This document shows positions 19,296 to 26,997 of a stretch of DNA of 38,647 nucleotides, piece after piece. Position numbers and translations under genes: made by a program. The notes below the pieces were generated by a model. The model did not search any database. It was not told where the DNA came from and saw only the letters and a list, made by a program, of their open reading frames with translations. The number at the start of each line of letters is the position of its first letter. Position 1 is the first letter of the stretch. This DNA is from a virus. Taxonomy: Duplodnaviria > Caudoviricetes. The DNA lies in IMG/VR virus record IMGVR_UViG_3300020381_000016, positions 1-38,647 of that record. The stretch is one strand, 5' to 3'.

Positions 19296-19301
19296 TATAA
19301 T
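19273..19301 (+). promoter_or_regulatory. Sigma70-type promoter for gp45
   Basis: TTGACG, 17 bp, TATAAT, with an extended -10 TG at 19293-19294. Confidence 0.8.
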
Positions 19302-19322
19302 AGGGGGAGTATAGCTCCCCTT

Positions 19323-20093
19323 ATGATAAACGCTCATAGTTTAGCAGCTGAAATACTGGAAGGAACTTTGGATGAGACCTATCCAGTGATTAGCAAAATT
19401 AGTGACATGAAACTTAGACCACAAAAAATGAGACTTTCTGACAAAACCCTGACATTGTTGAAAAACTTTTCTACAATCAATCAGTCTATATTATTCAAGA
19501 AAGGTAATTCATTACGAACAATATCTGTAATGAAAAACATTCTTGCAGAGGCAACAATTGAAGAAGACATACCAAAAGACTTTGGTGTCTATGATTTGAA
19601 TCAGTTCTTAAATGCATTGAGTTTGCATCAAAGTCCTGAGTTAGATTTTGCAAGTGAAGGATTCACTGTGATTAGTGAAGGTAGAGCAAGATCAAAGTAT
19701 TTCTTTGCAGATCCAAATGTAATTGTGAGTCCTCCAGAAAAGGAGATCACTCTACCAACTGAAGATGTTTGTTTTCAACTAACTACTCAACAGTTAGATA
19801 AACTTATCAAAGCTGCAGCAGTCTATCAAGTTCCAGATTTATCTGTAATTGGTGAAGATGGAAACATTAATATTGTTGTTCGTGATAAGAAGAATGATAC
19901 ATCAAATCATTTCTCAGTTACAGTTGGTGAGACTACAAACAGTTTCATGTTCAACTTTAAAGTTGAGAACATTAAGATTCTGCCTGGCTCATACAACGTA
20001 GTCATTTCATCAAAACTTCTATCTCGTTTTACAAACACAGATATTGATGTAAAGTATTACATTGCACTCGAACCTGATTCAACATTTGAATAA
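19323..20093 (+). CDS. gp45: Sliding clamp (T4 gp45); start uncertain (19323, 19407 or 19428)
   Basis: LKNFSTINQSI, FGVYDLNQFL and YYIALEPDS motifs. Confidence 0.93.
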   Translation: MINAHSLAAEILEGTLDETYPVISKISDMKLRPQKMRLSDKTLTLLKNFSTINQSILFKKGNSLRTISVMKNILAEATIEEDIPKDFGVYDLNQFLNALSLHQSPELDFASEGFTVISEGRARSKYFFADPNVIVSPPEKEITLPTEDVCFQLTTQQLDKLIKAAAVYQVPDLSVIGEDGNINIVVRDKKNDTSNHFSVTVGETTNSFMFNFKVENIKILPGSYNVVISSKLLSRFTNTDIDVKYYIALEPDSTFE

Positions 20094-20551
20094 TGTTTTT
20101 TGAAAAAGTAAGTCTTGTCACTGGCGGATTCGATCCGATACACAGTGGTCATATTCGATACTTTGAAAGAGCAAAAGATTTATCGAATTATCTAGTTGTT
20201 GGATTAAATGGTGATCCTTGGTTAACAAGAAAGAAAGGTCAATATTTTCAATCTTGGACAGAAAGAGCAGACATCATACGTCATCTTAATATGGTTGACG
20301 CTGTTGTATCTTGGGATGATGTTGATGATTCTGCTTGTGGTGCAATTGAGAAGTGTCTAGAGATATCTCAAACAGTTGTCTTTTGTAATGGTGGAGATCG
20401 TGCAAAGGGTAACACACCAGAGCTTGAAAAGTTTGGAGATAATGATAGAGTAAAGTTTGAGTGGGCTGTTGGTGGAACTGATAAGATGAACAGTAGTTCA
20501 TGGATTCTTCATGGATACTTTGAACGACAAAGAAAGTTGTTGGGTATATGA
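20093..20551 (+). CDS. Cytidylyltransferase-family (HIGH) nucleotidyltransferase
   Basis: TGGFDPIHSGH, VVGLN, NGGDR and KMNSSS motifs. Confidence 0.88.
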   Translation: MFFEKVSLVTGGFDPIHSGHIRYFERAKDLSNYLVVGLNGDPWLTRKKGQYFQSWTERADIIRHLNMVDAVVSWDDVDDSACGAIEKCLEISQTVVFCNGGDRAKGNTPELEKFGDNDRVKFEWAVGGTDKMNSSSWILHGYFERQRKLLGI

Positions 20552-20751
20552 AGACGTGGTGGAGAGTATGGGCGAAAGCACTTGGAGAAAAGTCTGGCAA
20601 ATCTAATGATGAAGCAGACACTATTGCAAAGATTCGCACCTTTATTTTTATACAGTTAGTTGTTACTAATTGTTTCATTATTGCAGGGAACATACGCCAT
20701 TGGAATGACCCTGCACCTATAATTATTAATTATGAATGTATTCGTGACTGA
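20548..20751 (+). CDS. Small hypothetical membrane protein
   Basis: WAKALGEK...IAGNIRHW, one hydrophobic stretch, ATGA-coupled. Confidence 0.7.
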   Translation: MKTWWRVWAKALGEKSGKSNDEADTIAKIRTFIFIQLVVTNCFIIAGNIRHWNDPAPIIINYECIRD

Positions 20752-21262
20752 ACCTTGCCCTTATGAATCGGCAAGAGTATTACCTGACAAACACATTGTC
20801 AAAATGCCCCTTGAAACATGTCAAATGTTATCAATGGTATATTCTAAATGGTACTTTGATTGGGGTCAATTAACCAAAAGGGATGGTACACCCTACAAAA
20901 CAGAGAAAGGCGCCTTCAGAGGTCATCCCTGCACCGCCTGGGCAGCAGAAAACATATACAACACCGCATGGCTTATTGCACATGGATTCGGATTGTCACA
21001 AGAATATACAGAAAGATATGGTAAAACACACACATGTGAAGAACCTTTACTAGAATCAGAAGAAATATTCTATGAAAAAACTGGTCAACTTCCTAATGAT
21101 TGTTATCATAAGGCAACACAGTTCCCTCGTGCGATGCCTGAAGAATGGAAGTTTGATGATAGTATAAACACATTCGTTGCATATCGAAGATACATTGCAT
21201 CAAAGCCATGGGCTGCGACTAACTATCTTCGCATACCTGACCGTAAACCTGAGTGGTTATGA
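20732..21262 (+). CDS. Pyrimidine-dimer DNA glycosylase (DenV)-like protein
   Basis: MNVF start, DKHIVKMPLETCQML, HPCTAWA and RYGKTH motifs. Confidence 0.7.
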   Translation: MNVFVTEPCPYESARVLPDKHIVKMPLETCQMLSMVYSKWYFDWGQLTKRDGTPYKTEKGAFRGHPCTAWAAENIYNTAWLIAHGFGLSQEYTERYGKTHTCEEPLLESEEIFYEKTGQLPNDCYHKATQFPRAMPEEWKFDDSINTFVAYRRYIASKPWAATNYLRIPDRKPEWL

Positions 21263-21720
21263 AGGAATTTGATTATGAACTCGATTACAAAACCATTGAC
21301 TTTACAGTTGAAGAAAATCGCAAACTTTATCGCATTGGAAGGGGAGAACAAGGAGTGTTACTGGTTCGCCCTTATACTAACGATATATGCTCTCATTGGA
21401 GATTTGTAAATGAAACTGTGGCTAGCAAATCTGCTGATAAGATTTACTCAATGTTCTGTGACTATAAAGACCAACAAGACTTCATTGGAATGGACATGGC
21501 ACGGAAATTTCTTGAGATGGGTTTTACTCGCTCCCGTAGGTATGCAAATCATTCTGATGGAAAGAAGTATGCTGAAGATGGTTCCGTTAGACCCCAATCG
21601 CCAGATGCACTACACTGTGAAAAAGCAAGGTCTGCAACTGTGTTCAAAAAAGTAAGAGACAAGGCAGCATATGATGAGACTTACAAATCTATGAGAAAAG
21701 AGTGGAGGTCACAAGAATGA
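21259..21720 (+). CDS. DUF4385-like protein
   Basis: YRIGRGEQGVL and GMDMARKFLEMGFTRSRRYANH motifs (family recalled). ATG at 21259 overlaps the upstream stop. Confidence 0.75.
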   Translation: MKEFDYELDYKTIDFTVEENRKLYRIGRGEQGVLLVRPYTNDICSHWRFVNETVASKSADKIYSMFCDYKDQQDFIGMDMARKFLEMGFTRSRRYANHSDGKKYAEDGSVRPQSPDALHCEKARSATVFKKVRDKAAYDETYKSMRKEWRSQE

Positions 21721-21929
21721 CAGAATTAATTAAAAGAAGCGATCCTCGTTTCTTTGAACAGACATGTTATAAACCATATGACCGACATGACTATAAGATA
21801 GTTTGCAAAAACAAATCTGTTGTGTTAGAATCATGGGAAGAGATGCAAGAATATTGGTGGAATAATATTGCAATTTATCCTGATATGATTGTTGAAGTAA
21901 TTGACAAACCAAAAAGGGGTTTTAAATAA
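21717..21929 (+). CDS. Hypothetical protein
   Basis: ATGA-coupled ORF (KPYDRHDY...WWN) ending at the gp44 start. Confidence 0.7.
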   Translation: MTELIKRSDPRFFEQTCYKPYDRHDYKIVCKNKSVVLESWEEMQEYWWNNIAIYPDMIVEVIDKPKRGFK

Positions 21930-22870
21930 TGAGTGACTTTCTTTGGGTTGAAAAGTATCGACCTAAAACAATTGAAGAATGTATTCTACCCACGAATACG
22001 AAGAAAACATTTTTAAGTTTTCTAGATAAAGGTGAAGTTCCAAATCTACTACTTGCAGGCCCTGCTGGGTGCGGTAAGACTACAGTTGCAAAAGCATTGT
22101 GTCATCAACTTGGTGCAGACTTTTATGTTATCAACGGATCTGATGAAGGTAGATTTCTAGACACTGTAAGAAATCAAGCAAAGAACTTTGCATCAACTGT
22201 TTCTTTGATGAGTAGTGCAAATCATAAAGTGATTATCATTGACGAAGCAGACAACACAACTCACGATGTTCAACTTCTACTTCGTGCAAACATCGAAGAG
22301 TTCTATGGTAATTGTAGATTTATATTCACTTGTAATTACAAGAACAAAATAATTGAACCATTACATTCAAGATGTGCTGTTGTAGATTTCTCAATCAAGG
22401 GAAAACAAAAACAAGAGATTGCAGTTGAGTTTTTCAAGAGACTTAATTTTATTCTTGATGAACAAAGAGTTGATTACGATAAGAAAGTAATTGTAGAACT
22501 CATCAATAAACACTTTCCTGATTGGAGAAGAGTTCTCAACGAGTGTCAAAGATATTCCGCAAGTGGAAAAATTGACACAGGTATTTTAGCAACATTCACA
22601 GACGTATCAATCAATGACCTCACGAAAAATCTTAAAGAAAAGAATTATCCCGCCGTTCGTAAATGGTGTGTCGATAACTTGGACAATGAGCCTTCTATAT
22701 TGTTGCGCCGTATATACGATGCTCTTTATAGCTCCCTTAAAAACGCTAGTATTCCTGCTGCTGTTCTCATTATCGCTCGGTATCAGTATCAAATTGCCTT
22801 TGTGGCGGATCAGGAAATCAATCTCCTCGCTGCTCTCACGGAAATAATGTTGGAGTGTGAATTCAAATGA
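21929..22870 (+). CDS. gp44: Clamp loader large subunit (T4 gp44)
   Basis: WVEKYRP, GPAGCGKTT, DEAD, SRC and FPDWRR motifs. Confidence 0.97.
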   Translation: MSDFLWVEKYRPKTIEECILPTNTKKTFLSFLDKGEVPNLLLAGPAGCGKTTVAKALCHQLGADFYVINGSDEGRFLDTVRNQAKNFASTVSLMSSANHKVIIIDEADNTTHDVQLLLRANIEEFYGNCRFIFTCNYKNKIIEPLHSRCAVVDFSIKGKQKQEIAVEFFKRLNFILDEQRVDYDKKVIVELINKHFPDWRRVLNECQRYSASGKIDTGILATFTDVSINDLTKNLKEKNYPAVRKWCVDNLDNEPSILLRRIYDALYSSLKNASIPAAVLIIARYQYQIAFVADQEINLLAALTEIMLECEFK

Positions 22871-23025
22871 AAAAAATACTTTTGAAAATGTTAGAACCTA
22901 TAGTCCTAGCAGGAGTGGTAGTATTTTTAGGATTTGTATTCCTCATTGAGGTAATAGATCTATTTTTAATTAGACCCATTTACCAAAAGTTTTTTAAAAA
23001 GAAAAAAAGGAGGAGGAGAAGATGA
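22867..23025 (+). CDS. Small membrane protein with polybasic tail (52 aa; not in ORF track)
   Basis: MKKILLKMLEPIVLAGVVVFLGFVFLIEVIDLFLIRPIYQKFFKKKKRRRRR; ATGA overlaps at both ends. Confidence 0.7.
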   Translation: MKKILLKMLEPIVLAGVVVFLGFVFLIEVIDLFLIRPIYQKFFKKKKRRRRR

Positions 23026-23177
23026 ATTGTTGGCATTGTAACACAGAACTAATTTGGGGTGGAGACCATGACATTGACGAAGACGAAAGTATGGAGTATG
23101 ATATGGTTACAAACTTAACTTGCCCTAAATGTGAAGCTTATGTAGAAGTCTATCATAAGTTTAAAACTAAATTATGA
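23022..23177 (+). CDS. Small zinc-ribbon protein (51 aa; not in ORF track)
   Basis: MNCWHCNTELIWGGDHD...NLTCPKCEAYVEVY; two CxxC pairs; ATGA-coupled; AGGAGG upstream. Confidence 0.8.
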   Translation: MNCWHCNTELIWGGDHDIDEDESMEYDMVTNLTCPKCEAYVEVYHKFKTKL

Positions 23178-23383
23178 CCTTTTTATCTTGTCCACCAGTC
23201 TATACTTTGCCTGGCACATGGACTAAATGTAATGCAATCATACCGCATTACAATGCTGATCCTAATTTTACTTTAGGAATTTCAATCGCAGTAATAACTA
23301 TTTTATTAGCTGGGTATGGGATCTATAAAGGATTCTTTGCAAATAAAAACTTAACAGATCCTTGGGATGATCACGATGACTAA
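23174..23383 (+). CDS. psbN: Photosystem biogenesis factor PsbN-like protein with N-terminal extension
   Basis: Single TM helix, then GYGIYKGF and C-terminal LTDPWDDHDD, matching the PsbN pattern G(Y/F)xxxxxF...L(R/T)DP(F/W)xxHxD. Confidence 0.8.
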   Translation: MTFLSCPPVYTLPGTWTKCNAIIPHYNADPNFTLGISIAVITILLAGYGIYKGFFANKNLTDPWDDHDD

Positions 23384-23630
23384 ATCAACATTTACAAAAA
23401 GAAAAGCACAAATGAAATCTTCAAGTTATTATCTATTCTGGGGCATAGCAACAGTTGCAGTTGTCGCTGGTCAGGTCTACGTTGGCACTGGATATCGTGC
23501 GATGGCTAAATCAATGAATAGGTGGTTTGAAGAAACTATTGAAATTATAACTATGCCAAAGAGACCATCAACAGGCACATATAAACCAATGAGACCTCCT
23601 ACTGATTGGGAGATGCCTATTATACAATGA
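23376..23630 (+). CDS. Small hypothetical membrane protein
   Basis: YYLFWGIATVAVVAGQVYVGTGY hydrophobic segment; overlaps both neighbours. Confidence 0.7.
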   Translation: MTKSTFTKRKAQMKSSSYYLFWGIATVAVVAGQVYVGTGYRAMAKSMNRWFEETIEIITMPKRPSTGTYKPMRPPTDWEMPIIQ

Positions 23631-24748
23631 ATCTAAGTGAAAGTGACGCTGCATATGCAGCAAACCAGTTCATCGATTACTTCTCCAATATGGGTCGCAT
23701 CGATGAATATCTTCGTAATGTAAAATTAGATCGTATGTCAAAGATGCCGACATATCTTCCTGGCTGTGGGCCTGAAGAAGATATGTTTGATGCGTTTGAT
23801 ATGCACCCAAATGACATGAACTTTAAAGTTTATGCTGCTGGAAAGGAAGATAGTTTCACAAATGAATATTTCAATGAGAGACTACAGATAACAACATCCC
23901 ACTCAATCGAAAGTTCAATTCCAGGCAAGTCACTTAAGTGGATTGTTATGGAAACGAATACTAAAAAGATAGTTGGGTTTATTCGTTTTGGTTCTCCCAC
24001 TATTAATTGCAAACCTCGTAATGATTGGTTAGGTAGACCGCCTGAGTTGAAAAGATTTAATCGTCATTCAATCATGGGATTTATTATCGTTCCAACTCAA
24101 CCATTTGGATTTAATTATCTTGGTGGTAAACTTCTTGCCTTACTATCTTGTTCTCATGAGGCTAGAGAACAGTTAAATAGTAAATATGGATCTGACATTT
24201 GCTTGTTTGAGACTACATCACTCTATGGCACAACGAAGTCATCATCTCAGTATGATGGATTGAAACCATACATGAGGTATAAAGGATTGACTATGAGTGA
24301 CTTTACTCCTTTGTTACATGATGATGTCTTTAAGGGATTAAACAAATGGTTTATCGAGAGAAACAACAACAAATTATTAGTCAAAGAAGACGCTTCGAGT
24401 CGCAAGTTGAAGACTCAACAAAAGATGATATCTATCATCAAAAAGAGCTCGTCTTCTCAAAAGGCTGCGGAATTCCAGACTGCAATTGTAAATGCAAAGA
24501 ACCTTACTGAAAAGAAAAGAGTCTACTTCAGTGACTATGGATTTGCTAATTCTAGAGAAGTTATTCGAGGAGATGAAGACATTCTAGTCAAAAACCCAAT
24601 CAACTTTGATAAATTCTATCAAGAGAACCTCATCAAATGGTGGAAGAACAAGGCCTCTAAAAGATATGAAAGTCTTAAGTCCAGTGGTTCTCTCAGAAAA
24701 GAATTAGAGGTTTGGAATAAAGACATGCACATCGACATCATAAGGTAA
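23627..24748 (+). CDS. DUF4338 (DruA-like) protein
   Basis: GFIRFGSP...RNDWLG, QPFGFNYLGGKLLALL..S, ETTSLYG and SSQY motifs. Confidence 0.65.
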   Translation: MNLSESDAAYAANQFIDYFSNMGRIDEYLRNVKLDRMSKMPTYLPGCGPEEDMFDAFDMHPNDMNFKVYAAGKEDSFTNEYFNERLQITTSHSIESSIPGKSLKWIVMETNTKKIVGFIRFGSPTINCKPRNDWLGRPPELKRFNRHSIMGFIIVPTQPFGFNYLGGKLLALLSCSHEAREQLNSKYGSDICLFETTSLYGTTKSSSQYDGLKPYMRYKGLTMSDFTPLLHDDVFKGLNKWFIERNNNKLLVKEDASSRKLKTQQKMISIIKKSSSSQKAAEFQTAIVNAKNLTEKKRVYFSDYGFANSREVIRGDEDILVKNPINFDKFYQENLIKWWKNKASKRYESLKSSGSLRKELEVWNKDMHIDIIR

Positions 24749-24754
24749 CTACTC

Positions 24755-25141
24755 ATGATCAAAACAATCCTACAAGAATTTCCTTTATCAGATCTTCCAA
24801 AAGAAAGAACTGTTACAGAGGAAAAGATTCGTAAATACACATACACGAAAGAAGAAGTTAACATTCTTCTTGAAGCTGCTGTCAAAGAGGCAGTTGATGA
24901 AGCACGGAAGATTGATGAAACTTCAATGGCAAAGCACAATCGTGATGCCACTGTTCTGAGTATGATCCTTGGATTTACTGCACTCGCATTGTTTGTAGAT
25001 GGATTATTAAGATTACTAGGTGTCATTCCACCTTTTATGGACATTGATATAGATGTCTTAGATAAAATTGTAGATAGAGTTGAAACTGATGTTATAGATA
25101 GAATAAGACAAGTGCCGATTCAAAAAATATTTCATCGATGA
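24755..25141 (+). CDS. Hypothetical membrane protein
   Basis: KHNRDA, then a TM helix and DGLLRLLGVIPPFM. Confidence 0.75.
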   Translation: MIKTILQEFPLSDLPKERTVTEEKIRKYTYTKEEVNILLEAAVKEAVDEARKIDETSMAKHNRDATVLSMILGFTALALFVDGLLRLLGVIPPFMDIDIDVLDKIVDRVETDVIDRIRQVPIQKIFHR

Positions 25142-25374
25142 ATGATACTCTAGTTTTTATTTACTTAATATTCTTCGTGATGCTTTTTGCTTCCACTTTC
25201 GCTTTCATGTTTAAGATGATGGGGGCAACTTTGAATGATATGAACAAACCTATGAAGAGAAATGTTCATCCAGAAATGACTGATGTTCAAACAGGAGATG
25301 AACTTCTTGTTTTCAAAGGCCTAGATGATGAAGAAGAAGATGATGATGGAGACATCGTAGTTATCCGAAAATAA
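25138..25374 (+). CDS. Small membrane protein, DUF2973-like
   Basis: N-terminal TM helix, then VHPEM...GDELLVF (family recalled). Confidence 0.6.
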   Translation: MNDTLVFIYLIFFVMLFASTFAFMFKMMGATLNDMNKPMKRNVHPEMTDVQTGDELLVFKGLDDEEEDDDGDIVVIRK

Positions 25375-25384
25375 ACAAATTATT

Positions 25385-25603
25385 ATGAAAACATTTGACG
25401 ATTCTAATTGGAGAGAAGAATACAAATCCTACACTAGTAATAGGATGGAACTAGATCTTCTTGAACAAGGGCCAAAGAGTTTATCTCAATCATGGCATCT
25501 CCAAGCACTATACAGTAATTGGAAAAAAGTAAAGGGTATCAAAGATCCCGAACCCTTAGATCTAACAACTAACTTTAAAGACTGGAGCGAAAAACATGAC
25601 TAG
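25385..25603 (+). CDS. Hypothetical protein
   Basis: NWREEYK...GPKSLSQSW; in the same operon. Confidence 0.75.
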   Translation: MKTFDDSNWREEYKSYTSNRMELDLLEQGPKSLSQSWHLQALYSNWKKVKGIKDPEPLDLTTNFKDWSEKHD

Positions 25604-25742
25604 ACCAAATGATCTCTGGGATGACATGGCTATTCTAAACTCACTATACAGTGAACTATGTTGGGATCACGATGACGTTATTGAATTCACTCCTGATTAT
25701 GAAAACGATAGAATTATTATTAAGCGAAAAAATGGAACTTAA
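25596..25742 (+). CDS. Small hypothetical protein (48 aa; not in ORF track), possibly AbrB-like
   Basis: MTRPNDLWDDMAILNSLYSELCWDHDDVIEFTPDYENDRIIIKRKNGT; GGAG upstream; bridges to the gp62 start. Confidence 0.6.
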   Translation: MTRPNDLWDDMAILNSLYSELCWDHDDVIEFTPDYENDRIIIKRKNGT

Positions 25743-26112
25743 AGAATGGTTGAATTCAATTAATTTTAACAAAGATAATTTAATTGATGAGGATCCTGAT
25801 ACAGAGAAACAGTATCCATCTTATATCGTGAATAGATGCCTCTCTGGACATATAGATGCAATCCTGTTTGCCAATGAAATGAACATGAGACCCAATCTAT
25901 CAAAGAAGTTACAATATGATTTTTTTCTAAATAGCCTCAGGAAAAGGAAAAGATACTCTCCTTGGATTCGTAAAGAACAACTTGAAAATCTTGATCTTGT
26001 TAAATCTTACTATGGATATAGTAATGAGAAGGCAAAACAGGTTTTAAACATTTTGACTAGAGAACAACTCTCGTTTATTCGAGATCGACTTGATACTGGA
26101 GGAAAAAAATGA
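25732..26112 (+). CDS. gp62: Clamp loader small subunit (T4 gp62)
   Basis: MELKEWLNSIN, YIVNRCLS, QYDFFLNSLRKRKR and VKSYYGYS motifs; precedes regA. Start moved to 25732. Confidence 0.92.
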   Translation: MELKEWLNSINFNKDNLIDEDPDTEKQYPSYIVNRCLSGHIDAILFANEMNMRPNLSKKLQYDFFLNSLRKRKRYSPWIRKEQLENLDLVKSYYGYSNEKAKQVLNILTREQLSFIRDRLDTGGKK

Positions 26113-26555
26113 ACTCAATTGTTGAGCCTCAAATTACTTGGTCGCCTGACCAGATGATTGAAATTACATTAAATGAACCAGATGATTTTCTTAAGGTAAG
26201 AGAAACATTAACTCGTATTGGTGTAGCTTCAAGAAAGGAAAAGAAATTATATCAGTCTTGTCATATTCTACACAAACAAGGCAGATACTATATTGTTCAT
26301 TTCAAAGAACTATTCGCATTAGACGGTAAGAGAGCTAATATAACTGTTAATGATGTGCAAAGAAGAAACCGTATTATCCAGTTGCTTTTAGACTGGGGAT
26401 TAGTTTCTGTCGTCTCAACTGATAAAGTTACTGACATTGCACCACTTAACCAGATTAAGGTTATTTCTTATAAAGAAAAAGGTGAGTGGAATCTTGAAAC
26501 TAAATACAACATAGGTAAAAGAAAAAAACCAGAGGAGGAAACAAATGGTAATTAA
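26109..26555 (+). CDS. regA: Translational repressor RegA
   Basis: DDFLKVRETLTRIG and LYQSCHILHKQGRYYIVHFKELF motifs. Confidence 0.97.
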   Translation: MNSIVEPQITWSPDQMIEITLNEPDDFLKVRETLTRIGVASRKEKKLYQSCHILHKQGRYYIVHFKELFALDGKRANITVNDVQRRNRIIQLLLDWGLVSVVSTDKVTDIAPLNQIKVISYKEKGEWNLETKYNIGKRKKPEEETNGN

Positions 26556-26682
26556 GATGGATAAATCCGAAGACTTTATTAAAAGTGGCAAAAAATTAAT
26601 TAGTGAATATGATGGTGCAAATTTAAAAGAAGAAGAGGAAGAAAAACCACAATTATTAAATGAAGAAGTGTTACTATCATAA
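26545..26682 (+). CDS. Small acidic hypothetical protein (45 aa; not in ORF track)
   Basis: MVIKMDKSEDFIKSGKKLISEY...LLNEEVLLS; strong GGAGG Shine-Dalgarno upstream. Confidence 0.65.
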   Translation: MVIKMDKSEDFIKSGKKLISEYDGANLKEEEEEKPQLLNEEVLLS

Positions 26683-26723
26683 AAACTTATATAGATAGTT
26701 ATGTGTTTAAATCAAAACAATCT

Positions 26724-26882
26724 ATGCATAATCTCATATCGTTTAATAGTTTAAGACCTTGGATGAATCTCGAACGTGAGACATCTATGAATGATTCAGT
26801 TGATGACTACTTTGAATGTATTTCGGAATGTGATGTAAGAGATAAAACTTGCGTCAGCCAGTGTAGAGTTCTGCTAGACTAG
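26724..26882 (+). CDS. Small four-cysteine protein (52 aa; not in ORF track)
   Basis: MHNLISFNSL...DDYFECISECDVRDKTCVSQCRVLLD; CxxxC-x6-CxxxC; followed by a terminator. Confidence 0.75.
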   Translation: MHNLISFNSLRPWMNLERETSMNDSVDDYFECISECDVRDKTCVSQCRVLLD

Positions 26883-26902
26883 GTAGAAAACCGAAGTATT
26901 GT

Positions 26903-26928
26903 TAGGGGGTTCACCACCCCCTATTTTT
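26903..26928 (+). terminator. Rho-independent terminator
   Basis: TAGGGGGT-TCACC-ACCCCCTA stem followed by TTTTT. Confidence 0.8.
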
Positions 26929-26936
26929 ATGCCTAG

Positions 26937-26997
26937 TGTTATAATTAGTAGTGTCGCCTTCGGGGACAAAATTACACTCGCTTACTTAAGGAGAACT
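26937..26997 (+). promoter_or_regulatory. hsp20 extended -10 promoter and two-hairpin 5' UTR (ROSE-like thermometer candidate)
   Basis: TGtTATAAT 26937-26945; cUUCGg hairpin 26952-26968; CUC(G)CUU/AAGGAG hairpin 26977-26993 masking the Shine-Dalgarno. Confidence 0.65.

Noticed and set aside
19303-19322. GGGGGAGTATAGCTC resembles a tRNA 5' end
   Set aside because: No D-loop continuation, anticodon arm, TTCGA T-loop or acceptor 3' strand; it closes as a local hairpin.
23627-24748. A complete Druantia defence system
   Set aside because: Only a DruA-like gene is present; no DruE helicase or other components.
25651-25731. Long N-terminal extensions in the ORF track for gp62 (also hsp20 26899, mazG 33538, nucleotidyltransferase 36691)
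   Set aside because: They overlap upstream genes, terminators or promoters. The downstream ATGs match family N-termini, SD position or stop-start coupling.
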